A DNA stretch of 64,000 nucleotides from Octopus vulgaris (lineage: Eukaryota), in the NCBI GenBank assembly GCA_951406725.2, contig OX597838.1:1674001-1738000 (forward strand). Reading direction: 5' to 3'. This document shows, piece by piece, positions 42,390-55,959 of the stretch (position 1 is its first letter; each line of letters begins with the position of its first letter). The translations under genes were made by a program, and so were the position numbers. Below the pieces are notes generated by a model that was not told the origin of the DNA, ran no database searches, and worked only from the letters and a program-made list of their open reading frames with translations.

Positions 42390-43451
42390 TTCGAGTTCAA
42401 ATTAAAAAGTGATAAAAATTCGAAATTATAGAAATTCATATCTAAAATATGAACGAGAGCAACCAATGTCCACTCGTTGATGGAATGGCATCATCATATT
42501 TTAAGTTTCAATTTGATAACTGGCGAAAAGAAAATGACTGAAAAAAGAGAGAAAAAGGGAGAGAAAAAAGAAGAATATTTAATCAGTTTTATTATAAATT
42601 TGATGATATTCTCCTGTCATTTTATTCATTCCTCCTGGGCATGACGTTAATAACCTGCAAACATATTTCTTCTCATGCATTTTGAAAAGTGAAAGTGAAG
42701 CAGATTCAGAATATTTTCTGAGAATATGCACTTTCAAGTCTTTTTCAAAATTGCAGCCGCTTGAAACGAAATGTTCTGCAAGTTCTGTGGAACTACTGTT
42801 ATTGTGCCTGACGTCGAATCTGTTCCCATTAAACCTTTTGTTTAAATGTTCTGTTGTGCAACCAACATAAATCAAGTTGTGTTTCGGGCATTCTGCCGCG
42901 TACACCAAATGGGAATCTCTACATGTCCCACCTTCTGTATAAATCATAACATTTCTGTTATGATCCCTCATGGAATTCACTTGACTCATGTTGTTGCACA
43001 ATGAACAGGGCTTACCTCCCTTGCAGCTGTTTTTCAAGGTACAATGTGCAAATAACCCAATGTTCGTTTTCTTATATTTTTATTCCGTCTAAAGGCTACA
43101 ATAGGCGGCTACGGAAACATCTGTTCCAAACAGTTATGATGCGAAGATCAAGCAGGACAGTATGTCGTTTCCAATTTTCTGTCAGAGTGAATTGCGTCAT
43201 ATTGGCTTTTTTTTCTCACAGACAGTGCCCAACTTACCCTACTATACTGTGTAGTCGACAAAATCAAATGCAAACAATGAGCATGCGCGAAATTGAAAAT
43301 ATAAAATGGGAACAATTTATATTATATATATATATGCCGTGATGGCGTCGGCTTATCTGGTGACGTTGATGTTCACCTGGGGCTAAATGCAACAGTGACA
43401 CCCCCACCACCCTGCCCTGTCCCTAGCCATATTCAGTTGGCTAATATCCCT

Positions 43452-43529
<78 letters not shown>

Positions 43530-43697
43530 TGTCACAGTTTTTTGCTTCAATATAATTTCAATATATTTGCTTATAGATGATACCTATTCTCATGTGTGTA
43601 ATAATATGTGCATGCGAGCCTGTGTATATGAATTCACAGCTCGTTTGCATTTAGACATTTATATATGTGCATGTAAGTTTATCGGAATACACCCCCC

Positions 43698-43759
<62 letters not shown>

Positions 43760-44161
43760 ATATATCTATGCATGTATGTATATATCTCTGTCTCTATTTG
43801 TCTCTGTCTATCTCTCTCCCTCTCCCCCCTCTCTCTCTCTTTATATATATATATATATATCTAACAGGGTCACGAGACAGGCCCAGTTTCGTGCTATTTG
43901 GCTCATCTTGTTAGCTGATGGATGGTAGGAGGGGTTCGGTCCCCCAGCTAGCGATATACTGTATATAAAGGGTGCAGAGCTTCGACCAAAAGCCAACTGG
44001 TGGAGAATCCACCTGGGGTTAAACTAGTAGTAACATTCAACTGCCCCTTTGATGTGGCTACTCGTTTTACTATATACATACATACATACATACATATATA
44101 CATACATACATACATACATACATACATGCATGCATACATACATATAAATATATATACATAC

Positions 44162-44235
<74 letters not shown>

Positions 44236-44823
44236 GTATGTATATATATATATATATACACAGAATATATGTACACACATTTGTGTACATATATGATAAG
44301 TTAATTACGTTTTTTTAAACTTGAATATGGGCAAAATATCTGAACCTACACACATTGTTGAGAAAACAGTCACTTAAACATATACACATAATAAACAACA
44401 CATGTAGATTGGAATATACATACGTAAAACGTCGCACACGCATACACACCCGCACAGACACACACATGTATATGTGTGTGTATATAAGCCTTAGGCAGTG
44501 CAAGCTCGTTCACCAGCAAACATATATAAGGTGCATCGTATGGATTTGATGTCACGGTGCACCGTTATGTAAGAAATGCATCAAGATTTAGTTGTGTGGA
44601 TATGTGTGAAAAAGAAGAAGAAGAAGAAGAAGAAGAAGAAGGAGGAGAAGAAGAAGAAGAAGAAGAAGAGTAGGAATGCTGTTTAATAGGTAGACAAATG
44701 GGGGAGGGGTGAGAGTGGCGTAATAGAAGAGGAGAGATTTGTTGAGAGATAGAGGGTTGCGTGTGTGTATATATACATATGTATATATAAACATACATAT
44801 ATTTGTATATATCTATCTATCTA

Positions 44824-44861
<38 letters not shown>

Positions 44862-44890
44862 CTCATTTAGATATGTTTATGTATGTGTGC

Positions 44891-44943
<53 letters not shown>

Positions 44944-45234
44944 TACATGTGCACATATACACGAAGCACCTGTTAAGTCCACCCACGCAGTAATTCCGTC
45001 ATCCAGCCCACAATATCTTATTTTATTCCTTCATGCTTTCGTTCTCACATTCATTACATCCTTCCACTCATCACTTTCTATGGCTTCCTTCAGCTAAAAT
45101 CTTAATAAATCTCATTTACAACCAGCTTAAATGTCTTCTCTGAGTATATGTAGCTCTATGTTTATGTGTGTGTGTGTGTGTATATGTGTATGCAGATCGA
45201 TGCTCATATGTATGATACAGGTATTGTTTCTCTC

Positions 45235-45314
<80 letters not shown>

Positions 45315-45328
45315 TATATATATATATT

Positions 45329-45359
<31 letters not shown>

Positions 45360-45399
45360 GTATATATACATATACATATACATACATATGAAAAATATC

Positions 45400-46300
45400 T
45401 TGATACGCTCCCTCCACCCTCAGCAAAACCCCCGTCCCTCAAACCCCCTTCTACACATACCTCTCATCCCCTCCCAGCCTGCCACTCACCCCTCCCATTT
45501 CTGTCCCATCCGCCCCTTCTCTACTTCAGTCTGTTGTTACCCTTCCTCCAGATCTTCTCCTCTCTGAGGCGGTGCGCTTCTTCCTCAGTAGGGGTCTGTG
45601 TTTCATCTCCCTCACTCCATCCAGCTTTGTGTGCCGCGTAGGTTGTGTGCGCTTTTCCACGACACTCCACCTGCATCTAATGAGGAGGACTGCTTCACCC
45701 ACCTGGGCCTCCGACCATCCCAGTGGACGCCATCTCCTGGCCAGTTCCAAGTAGTCGATCTTTTTGCGGGCGCCTGCCAGCGCGTTGTGGACCGGTTTGA
45801 CATTTCCAGGCGTCCCCGATATCTGAACATCTCCTTAGCCGAACTCTCGGCCCTTCGATGTCTCTGACGCCGCACGGACATCATTATAAAACCGACCGAC
45901 AAGGGTGGAACGGTGGTGGTGTGGGGCGCGGACCTCTTCGAGGCGCAAGCTCTCCGCCGATTTCAAGACACCACCTTCTACTGCCCTCTGCCCCCAGCCT
46001 CACGCCCAGCTACCAGCAGACTGTGTCCTCCACTATCCATGACCTCATGTCCTCCTCCCGTCTCCCACCCCCACAGCCTCCAACCTCATTGTGAACCCTC
46101 TGTCCGGCATTCGCCATGATAGATCGCTAGCCACTAAACCTTTTTTATTTTCTCTCCCTGTTTATTTCTATGTTCTCTTCTGTCGAAGAGCGTAGGCTCG
46201 AAAAGTACAAGACTTTCTCACTTCCCGAGCGTTAAACTAATACATCTGCTTGTTGTTTACACACCCGTCTTGGTTTTTTTTTTGTTAATTTTCACTATAT
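45400..46300 (+). mobile_element. Internally deleted Penelope-like element: N-terminal/pre-RT ORF remnant joined to a terminal repeat with decayed hammerhead (46176-46212)
   Basis: Frameshifted translation [50 protein letters not shown]...A....DTTFY matches the PLE 'DIIIKPADKG' region. Its 3' part resembles 29275-29440. Confidence 0.85.
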
Positions 46301-46896
46301 ATGTATGTATATATATATGTATACATACATACATACATACATACATACATACATAAATACGTACACACACACAATTATGCTTATAATTTTGTGTATATAA
46401 GCAGACTGGTCCAATGTCTCTATGTAAAGATGAGGTGTAGACTTTTTTTAAAATTAATCTTATTAGAAACACAAAAACTAATTAACAATTAAATATTTGC
46501 AAGTAACGAATTTAATTAATTTGTGTTTTATGGTTTATGAAATATTATTTTCTAATTTTGGTGTCTGTTGGAGATTTACAACACTGCCAAATTTTGGAAT
46601 TGGTCCCTGGAAAAGGTAACTAAACTGTTGTTTTCGAGTGTCCTGTTTAGGAAAATATGAACCCAGTTGAATGGATTTGTTGGTGCTATTCACAAATGTT
46701 TGTCGCAATTCCTTCAGACAGGAAGAGTTCTTATAGAATGTTTGTCTCTTGGGGACGGCAAGGATTACCAGGAGGGTTCTAAGCACTTGAAAGACTGCTG
46801 GAAACGTGTGGATACCGAGGGTTATAGATAATAAACCGCTACCCACATAAATCCTATCACCGAACCTAAGTCAAACCAAATAATAATAACAATAAC

Positions 46897-46944
46897 TGTA
46901 CCCCAGTGTCACTTTGATGGCATGCGCTGCTCTCTCACTCACTC

Positions 46945-47020
<76 letters not shown>

Positions 47021-47302
47021 CTCGGGAAACATGGGTGTTTTGTTCATCCTCCTTAAAACGAATCTTATCCAGGGCCCTTTTGAGTGGGATGGGCTACACG
47101 ACCTGAAGAAAATTCTAACAGGGTTCCACCTGCAAAGTCAAGCGCTGTTTATCTTGATATGAGATTACCATGTCGCGCACACATGGTTGTGATGAATGCG
47201 CCCGGTGTACTCTTATCAGACGGGTAGTCATGATGGGTATACTGGGCTTTGTATATTTGTACCCCAGTGTCACTTTTTTGGCATGCGCTGCTCTCTCTCA
47301 CG
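46897..47302 (+). mobile_element. (AAT)n-associated interspersed repeat: one ~280-bp copy and one ~45-bp 3' stub
   Basis: tgtaccccagtgtcacttt..tggcatgcgctgctctctc occurs at ~46897 and ~47258, each immediately followed by (AAT)n. Confidence 0.6.
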
Positions 47303-47363
<61 letters not shown>

Positions 47364-47365
47364 TG

Positions 47366-47420
<55 letters not shown>

Positions 47421-47447
47421 TAATAATAATAATAATAATAATAATAA

Positions 47448-47850
47448 ACGAACCAGAAGCTGCGATTGAAAATAATTATTACAAGATCTTGTGGTATTTC
47501 GCCATAAATTCTGACTATACTATTGAGGCAAGAAGATCAGTTATGATTATAAAGGACCAAATAATCAGGCTAAGAGCATAGATTTTGCATTTCCCTATGA
47601 TAGAAGAGTCGATGTCAAAGGAGAAAATGGAGAAGTGTTAGAGAGTAGAAGACCAAAGCAGCAATTGTTCCTGTAGGAAATGGTTCACTTAGCACCACAC
47701 CGAAAATGCTACTTAAAAGACTGAAGGAATTGAAACTTGCAGAAAAGTACCATCCTATATTCTGCAAGAATACTAAGGAAGATTCTTGAGATTAGCTGTG
47801 ACTCATTGTCACCAAACCTGTTAATCAATAAAGCATGCACCAGCGAAATA
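47448..47850 (+). mobile_element. 3' fragment of a Dong/R4-like non-LTR element in (AAT)n
   Basis: EPEAAIENNYYKILWYF.I.SD.TIEARRS, IDFAFPYD, and LQKSTILYSARILRKILEI together match a REL endonuclease domain. Confidence 0.75.
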
Positions 47851-49441
47851 ATCATAATTGGTATCAAATGTATTAATGTTCTCGAAGTCTTTTGTTATAC
47901 ACTCCAGTCGCAGGTTTAGCTCCGGAAATTGAGTTGTATTGCATTCTCAGATTTACAAATGCCAGTTGTTTTTTATCATTACTCCAAGGTTTAACAATCG
48001 TAGAATATTCCATTATATTAAAACCTGCGATGAATTCCTTTGAAATACAAATATTAATTGCGATGCGTCACCAGTTACTTCGTTTTCTTTATTTTAGTTT
48101 CTGAATGTGTTTGTGTTGATACAATTTTGTTTTCAAAGAACTGGTGGTTAACCCTGTATATCAAAGTCGTTTACTGTTTATCTCATTGCCTCGTGATATT
48201 CTTTTAGTCGTGATAATCGCTTAGATCAACCCAATTAAATTTAAATGTTTTCTATTTGAGGGACTGTTTTTAATTTCCATAAAATAGGGTTCACTAAATT
48301 TTATTCCAAACTATTGTGTGAAGTTATATAATGCAGTTTGATAGGGGTTTGATGCATTTATGGTATGAAGTTACTTGTGGTCTTCCAAACGGAATAGATC
48401 TTCCTGTCTGAAGGAATTGCGACAAACATTTGTGAATAGCACCAACAAATCCATTCAACTGGGTTCATATTTTCCTAAACAGGACACTCGAAAACAACAG
48501 TTTAGTTACCTTTTCCAGGTACCAATTCTATTCCAATCTCCTTCAGCCATTTCTCTACATCTTTGCTTACTCTTCCCAGCGCACCACTTACTATAGGCAC
48601 CACCTTTACAGTTCTCGTACTCCAAATTCTACCTATTTTAGATTTAAAGGAATTGTACTTTTTCTTTTTGTTTGTTTTATATCCTTTTCTTTACGATCCT
48701 GGAATCGAACGAGCATGATTATTATCATTATTATTATCATCATCATCATTATTATTATTTAATATAAGTCATCATCGAAAGACTGAACATCAAGATACTT
48801 TCCCAGTAACTCAGTCCATTTGCACTAAGCTCACCGCCATTTAATACTTTCCAGAGAAAAACAAAGTTCACTTTCACTAACGGCCATTCGCCGCAATAAG
48901 CCGGCTCAGCTCTTTTATTTCATAAATCACCATCAGAGAAGCTACACAATAGAAACGGATAAAGCTAAGATTTTGCATTCTAGTAGCTTGCTACCTTTTA
49001 ATACATTCACTCCATTATTTAACCTAAGAACTTAATTAACCTTCCACCATTAATTAATTTATTTAATTATTCCACCTGCAATTTACAATTTCCTATTAAA
49101 CCATCAATTTATGAATTCTCATTATTTTTTCTCTTGCCATTAACTTTATTACAACGCTCTCTAATCTCATTGAAGAGATTAACAATATTGTCTCCAACCA
49201 ACAACCAGTCCAGACTTATACGTTTTATTTGTTTTTCCTTCACTTCAATCCATTCCAGCTTTAATCTTTAATCATTTATATTTTAATTTACATTCCACTC
49301 TGTTTACTTGCCCACGCTTTATCTTCATTTGCCGACGTACGTTTATTTTATGTCTTCCATTGTGACAAGGTTGTCACTTTTACCAAATCTTCCTCGTCGC
49401 TAACAAAGATAACATACAAACATACACACACACATACATAC

Positions 49442-49491
<50 letters not shown>

Positions 49492-49515
49492 GTATATATA
49501 TAATTATATATATAC

Positions 49516-49571
<56 letters not shown>

Positions 49572-49757
49572 GTATGTATATATAAAATGAATCGATTATG
49601 CCAACTCTGCGAAAGATAATGGTATTTAAATTATGCTGCGTAGTCATACGTTTCTGTATCTGATGAAATTCATTTTTTATTTACAAATATCATCTGACAC
49701 GATTGTGTTTGTATTGAATTTATTAAATTTTCAGGCTGTCTTTAATATATACTTACA

Positions 49758-49789
<32 letters not shown>

Positions 49790-49891
49790 ACAAGCACATG
49801 CTCTCACGCATATATGTAGGCATACACATATGTAAATGTATGTATAAATATACACGTGAGACATTTAAATATACGCTTGTTGTAATTTCAG

Positions 49892-49953
49892 GTCAAGTTG
49901 GCAACGTTATAACCAACAGGAACGCAAGTCGACAAGAATTTGAAAAACTTCTC
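49892..49953 (+). CDS. Cngl: CNG-like channel exon: end of S6 / start of C-linker (G-QVGNVITNRNASRQEFEKLL)
   Basis: tttcag| acceptor, |gtgagt donor, 62 nt, phase 1 to 0. GQVGNVITNRNA is, from my recollection, characteristic of the invertebrate Cngl subfamily. Confidence 0.95.
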
Positions 49954-49982
49954 GTGAGTATCAGTCTATAGCCTGTTGACAG

Positions 49983-50013
<31 letters not shown>

Positions 50014-50584
50014 CATAAACACACACACACACACTGCAATACATAACGTTTCATATACGCTGATATGCTGATATACATACATACATACATACATACATAC
50101 ATACATACACATATATGCATACATACATGTACATACACATATACATATATATATGCACATACATTTGTATATTATATATAAGATGTTTATACACGTCTAT
50201 GTGTATATATACATATATGTATGAATGTGTGTATGTGCATACTTGTATGTGTGTCTATATATATATATGATAATTTATAATATATATATTAGTATTATTT
50301 GTGTATATAATTATATAATATAAATATATGATATATCTGTATATTTATATATACACATTATATATTATATATAAATATAAAATATATATATATATATTAT
50401 ATATATGTATATATATACATATATGTACATGTGACAATTATAAAATAATAAAGGTGGTTGGACGAAATTTACATTCAAAAATGAAATACTTCATTGCTAG
50501 AAATAGGAGTCAAAGTCACCCTCAGCCACAAAAACTCACATATTTTATTTGAACTGATAACAGAAACAACACCTCATCACCGTT

Positions 50585-50631
<47 letters not shown>

Positions 50632-53049
50632 ATGTAAATATGTATGTAAGTATGTATGTATGCATGTATATGTGTGTGTGTGAGTGTGTGTATGCATCTT
50701 TCATCACGTCAATAGATTATTGACAATAAGAATCATATATATATATTCGAAAATACATGGATAGATTTGAATAAAAGAATATACTATACACACTGTTATC
50801 AATTAGTTACAACATATTATATATACATATGTATGTATGTATATGTTTATATATATATATATATATATATACGCATGTATGTATGTATGTATGTATGTGT
50901 GTGTGTAAATACACACCACACACACACGGGCACAAATAGGTACGTATGTGCATGTGTCTTTGTATGCGACACTGCGTGTGTGTGAGTTAGAATCCGTCAG
51001 CGAATGGATGCGTTTGAGAGTGAGTGTGTGCGTATGCGAGAAGGACGCGTGTGCGTGCGTTCGTTGGTGTGAGTCTACTTAAGCGAACTCGAGTAAAAGA
51101 ACAAGGGCAATGTAACAACTAATATAGACGCATATACATTCATATACATACCTTTACATACGTAATTTACATACATACATACATACATACGTAAGTACAT
51201 ACATACATACATACACATACATACATACGTACATACATACATACGTACATACATACATACATACATAATACATACATACACATGCACATCTATGTACGTA
51301 GATGTGTATGGATATGAACATTCACCACAAAAGTGTATCAAATGAAAGGAATTCTTTCCTCAACCATTTTCCTAAATACAATCTCAAGAAAAGCTGCAAG
51401 AATAAAAAAATATATAAATACAACAAGCTAAAAGAAAAAAAAACGCGAAACAAGAAAGGAAGCAAAAACCCTTCATTTTTCTAAAAATATATTTGTATTT
51501 TTGGGAAAGTAAACACCAATAACAAAAACAATCAGAAACAAAGATCAATAAATACAATAAATTCAACGAAATAACAAAAAAAAAAAAATTCCTCAAAAAT
51601 TAATCTCCCTTCTCCCAACAACAAAACAGTATCCTGAGTGAATAAAGATGTACATACACACACATACACGCACTCGCACACACGCTCACACGCACACACA
51701 TATATAGATAGATACATATACGCATAAGTATATATGTATATATATGCATATACTCGAACGAGATGTAACTCACGTGAGAGTATATAATAGAGAAAAACAA
51801 TTTTTTTCTTAAAATATCGGTTTTAAAATCTAATATCCTTAAGTGAAGAATATATATTTGAATTGATACGTTCACACTAAACACTATTGTTGTTGTTGTT
51901 GTTCTATAGAGTTATTGAGGGTGGGATGGTGGTGTTTCTGTCATCAAACCAATGATTAAAGTGCTCCAACCATGACCAAAGCATTTATTTTAAGTTCACA
52001 TAACCAGGTCAGACTCCGATGTACTTCACATGTTAAAGGAAATTAGCCAAATGCCATGGAATCTCTCCCTCTCTACACATTTTGTTGCAACTCTTTGAGT
52101 TCGAATCCTTCGAGTCCAACTTTGCTTTATTTCTTTTAATCCCCCCAATGTCGATAAATAAAATCTCAGTTAATTACTGAGTGTAGGGTGGGCGGAAGGA
52201 TTTTTCACCCAGAAACTCACGGAATTAGCTACAACCGATGAGATGGCATCTGGTTGAGAATTTCCTCCCGCCAATACTAAACGGAGGCAACAGAGAGCTG
52301 CCTGCATTCGCTGCTGAAAATTCGTTGATATTCCCCAAGTATTTCCCAAAGGAACCATCAAGGATCATTCGTTGACCTCAAGACACAAGTCGAAAGAAAA
52401 TCTGGTAAACGTTTCCTTCAGCTTGTCTCTATTATTGCTTTAGTGGAAGAAAGAAGGGCAACCTGCATAGATTTACCTCTAGGATCTCCTGGTCTGGTGG
52501 AAGGAATGAAAAAGAAGCAGAGGATTTGGCTTTAAAGGTAACATTACAGATAAAGGTAGCCATGGAGCAGATGGCGACCACACTGTACCTAGGGGTACAG
52601 TATCTGATGTGCAATATAAAAGTAGTTATAGTAACTCTGGCTGTTTAAGCCCAGGTCCACTTTAACTCCACAGACCAATGCTTTTGAGACGTTCCATTTG
52701 TGACAATTCCGTCTTGCAATACATTGTCCAATGTGCTTTGAGTGTCATTTGACTACTGTTTCTTGTAGGTTCAGTAATCGTGCAGAGATGACAGTCTTTG
52801 GTTGGAACTGGTAACTTCTTAACCTGAGGAATATGATATTCCTACGTAGACATGGTGCTAATATTTGCGTAACGACCAGATATTGGGTGGTGGCCATCTT
52901 TTAGAAATATCCCCCCCACCAACAACTAGCCAACAGTAAACCTGATTGATCTTCATTGATCCATGTGTGCGTGTATGTGTGTGTGTGTGTGTGTGTGTAT
53001 TTGCATGTATGTATGTATCTATGTATGTATGGATGTCTGTCTGTATATA

Positions 53050-53099
<50 letters not shown>

Positions 53100-53363
53100 A
53101 TCGTACCACGTGTATGTGTAATTGTGTGTGTGTATCCATATCTTTGTGTTTGTCATAATTAGATATAAAAATTAGCGAGAAAACCGGAAAATAAATACTT
53201 TCCGAGCATTGCCCCTTGCGATGTGATGTTCTTCACCGAATTGCTGCCATAAGTGGCCTCCTATTAGCAGTCCTTTATCCAACGACGCTATAGTTCACCA
53301 TTGGCGATATAAACTATACATTTCATCCCAATCGCATACCATTGTCACGCGTTTCTCTTTCAG

Positions 53364-53452
53364 GATGGTGCCAAATTTTACATGCAAAGCCACAACGTGC
53401 CCAAAGAACTGCAGAAGCGTGTCCAGAGATGGTACGACTATGTCTGGTCTAG
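53364..53452 (+). CDS. Cngl: CNG-like channel exon: C-linker (DGAKFYMQSHNVPKELQKRVQRWYDYVWS-R)
   Basis: ctctttcag| acceptor, AG|gtaagt donor, 89 nt, phase 0 to 2. YM...VP..LQ.RV.RWYDY.W is the C-linker motif. Confidence 0.96.
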
Positions 53453-54339
53453 GTAAGTAAAGTTAGCCTTGCTCATATTGGAACAGAGGGACTCGAAGAG
53501 CGTTCCCTAACAATTCTTCCCGTTATTGTTGTGATTGTTTGTTGATGTTGTTGTTGTTTTTGTCTTCACCGTCCTTTCTGTTGTTTATGTTGTTGTTTTT
53601 AGTGTTTTTGGATTTTACTTTCGCTGAAGACTTTCGCTGTTCGAAATTTAATCAATTTTGTTGAGAATTACGTTGGTGGGTGTGTGGGTGGTAGCATCTG
53701 TTCGATTTGCTTCTTTATCTCAACCGCATCCACGTTGGGTCCGTACCAGGGTGCCATGACGGGACCCGATAAAGTACTTAAATATATACCCTCTTCTGGT
53801 GGTATCCAGTGGTTGACTAACTGTCGGCGATATTGTGCGCTTCGATGGTATTTATGACCTTGCCGTCTGTGGAATGTAGGTTTGTCACGCGCCAGTCTCC
53901 AGAGACGACCTTTCTGGCACGGGAAATGGTATTGATGTCACTCTGAAGATTCTGGTTGGTCAGATGAAGTTTGAAACAGGAAATTTCTCTCAAAGTATTT
54001 CGTTTCCATTCCTTTTCCTACCACACAGACATGCACAAATAGATTCATCTACACACTCACACACTCACATATTTACATACGCACATACACACTAACACGA
54101 AACACAGACATACGCGCACACGCTTGTTTAAATTTATGACCAAATATTTGTACAAAACAGAATCAATCAAACTTATTGCCCCACCATCACCACCGCCACA
54201 TCCACATCCACCGCCACCTCCACCACAAATAACAGTGCCATCATCATCATCAGCAGGAACAGCACCGCCACACATCAACCGCCACCTCCACCACTATCAC
54301 CAGCAGAAGAAATACTCTAGGTGTGTGTGTGTGGATGGG

Positions 54340-54552
54340 TGTTGGGGAAACTAATTCTCCCGTTTCTTCGCCAGACTAACTGTGTAGCAGCATTTCGTGT
54401 CTCTACGTTCCGAGTTCAAATTCCACCAAGGTCAAATTTGCCGTTTATTCTTTCGGGGTCGATAAAATAGGCACCAGCCGAGCGCTGGGGCGGAAGCAAT
54501 CAACAAGTCCCCTCCCCTCAAATTTCAGGCCTTGTGCTTAGAGTAGAAAAGA
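54340..54552 (+). mobile_element. tRNA-derived SINE (Meta-domain-like), degenerate head
   Basis: ctacgttccgagttcaaattcc...tttcggggtcgataaa...caaatttcaggccttgtgc. Confidence 0.8.
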
Positions 54553-54581
54553 TTATTATTATCATCATTATTATCATCATC

Positions 54582-54623
<42 letters not shown>

Positions 54624-54651
54624 TTCATCTTCATCATCATCATCATCATCA

Positions 54652-54711
<60 letters not shown>

Positions 54712-55251
54712 GTGGTAGTAGTAGTAGTAGTAGTATCATCAGCATTTTCCCACAGAAGAGTGGTAGGGGAGGGGCTGTCCTATAATGAATAAAAATGGAA
54801 AATTGGGTGAGGGTGTGGGGGTTGGCAAAGGGTGTGGCTAGCCGGGTGGAGAAGGCCTTTCTATTTGGTGTGTCGGAGCGACCTGTTGTTATACACGGTC
54901 TGTCCCTGAATCACTCGAGGTCAATCCACCATCCTCTCTTGATTGTTATCTGATTATTAATGTCTTCGTTATCGCCACCACCACCACCACCACCACCACC
55001 ACCATCATCATCTTTATTCTTCTTATTATTATTGATCTTACACTTTACACTCCTTATAAATCTCAGACAGTTTGTTGTGTGGAGTTTTTATTGCATCTTT
55101 AGTAGAATCAATAAAATTTCTTCTTCTCCTTCTTCTTCTTCTTCTTCTTCTTCTTCTTCTTCTTTTTCTTCTTCTTTTTCTCCTTCTTCTTTTTCTTCTT
55201 CTTCTTCTTCTTCTTCTTCTTCTTCTTTTTCTTCTTCTTCTTCTTCTTCTT

Positions 55252-55337
<86 letters not shown>

Positions 55338-55354
55338 ATTTTATATTTCTCCAG

Positions 55355-55457
55355 AGGAAGAATGAATGGTAGTCTTGACATCAGTTCTTTGGGCATGTTG
55401 CCGGATAAATTAAAGACGGAATTGGCACTAAATGTTAATCTGGACACTTTGAAGAAG
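55355..55457 (+). CDS. Cngl: CNG-like channel exon: C-linker (GRMNGSLDISSLGMLPDKLKTELALNVNLDTLKK)
   Basis: tttctccag| acceptor, AAG|gtaact donor, 103 nt, phase 2 to 0. Contains the LPDKLKTELALNVNL CNG motif. Confidence 0.96.
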
Positions 55458-55580
55458 GTAACTGGTCTGGTCATGTTGTTGTTGTTGTTGTTGTTGTTGT
55501 TTTGGTAACGGTTCCAGTTGATCATTGTGATGTTTTTCTCTATTTATGTTACTGTTGTTTTTCTTGCGCTAATGTCGACG

Positions 55581-55630
<50 letters not shown>

Positions 55631-55959
55631 TGACGGTGCTGTATTGGTTAAAGATCAATATTTGATCAATTTACGCGTGACTAAACTCTATGACAGTGAA
55701 TTCTGACGGTGTTAATTCACCAAACATTTTGCTGTGCCGGATTAAATGTCATGAAGTTGTTGGTCTTTTTTGTTTATAATTTTCGACTCGAATCCTTTCT
55801 TTGACGTTTTTGTCATTTTTTTCCCACCTTTTTATTATCGGAATTGGCAGAACTATTAAAGAAATGGATATGCTACGGGGCCGATTTAATCTATAATCCG
55901 CCCCACCCCAGCGCAAATTGATATCCTTGGGCCAATATTAGAAACAACTGATGAGGCCT

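Larger units (their letters stand above)
41556..43200 (-). mobile_element. 3' part of a Penelope-like element: GIY-YIG endonuclease plus 3' terminal region with hammerhead
   Basis: ORF 42579-43037: CSLC...C....VYAAEC....IYVGCT...LNKRF...AEHF...E..Y..RL....PGGMN is the PLE GIY-YIG pattern. A downstream hammerhead lies on the same strand, and the element ends in (TA)n. Boundaries are approximate. Confidence 0.85.
46597..48528. repeat. 130-bp inverted repeat (arms 46597-46726 and 48399-48528, one mismatch) with 1672-bp spacer
   Basis: Direct reverse-complement comparison. The ORF track shows the identical peptide SSCLKELRQTFVNSTNKSIQLGSYFPKQDTRKQQFSYLFQ on opposite strands. Confidence 0.97.

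Noticed and set aside
53297-53311. ACCATTGGCGATATA reads TIGDI, like the CNG selectivity filter
   Set aside because: There is an in-frame TAG two codons upstream, no splice sites, and it lies in the wrong order relative to S6; coincidence.
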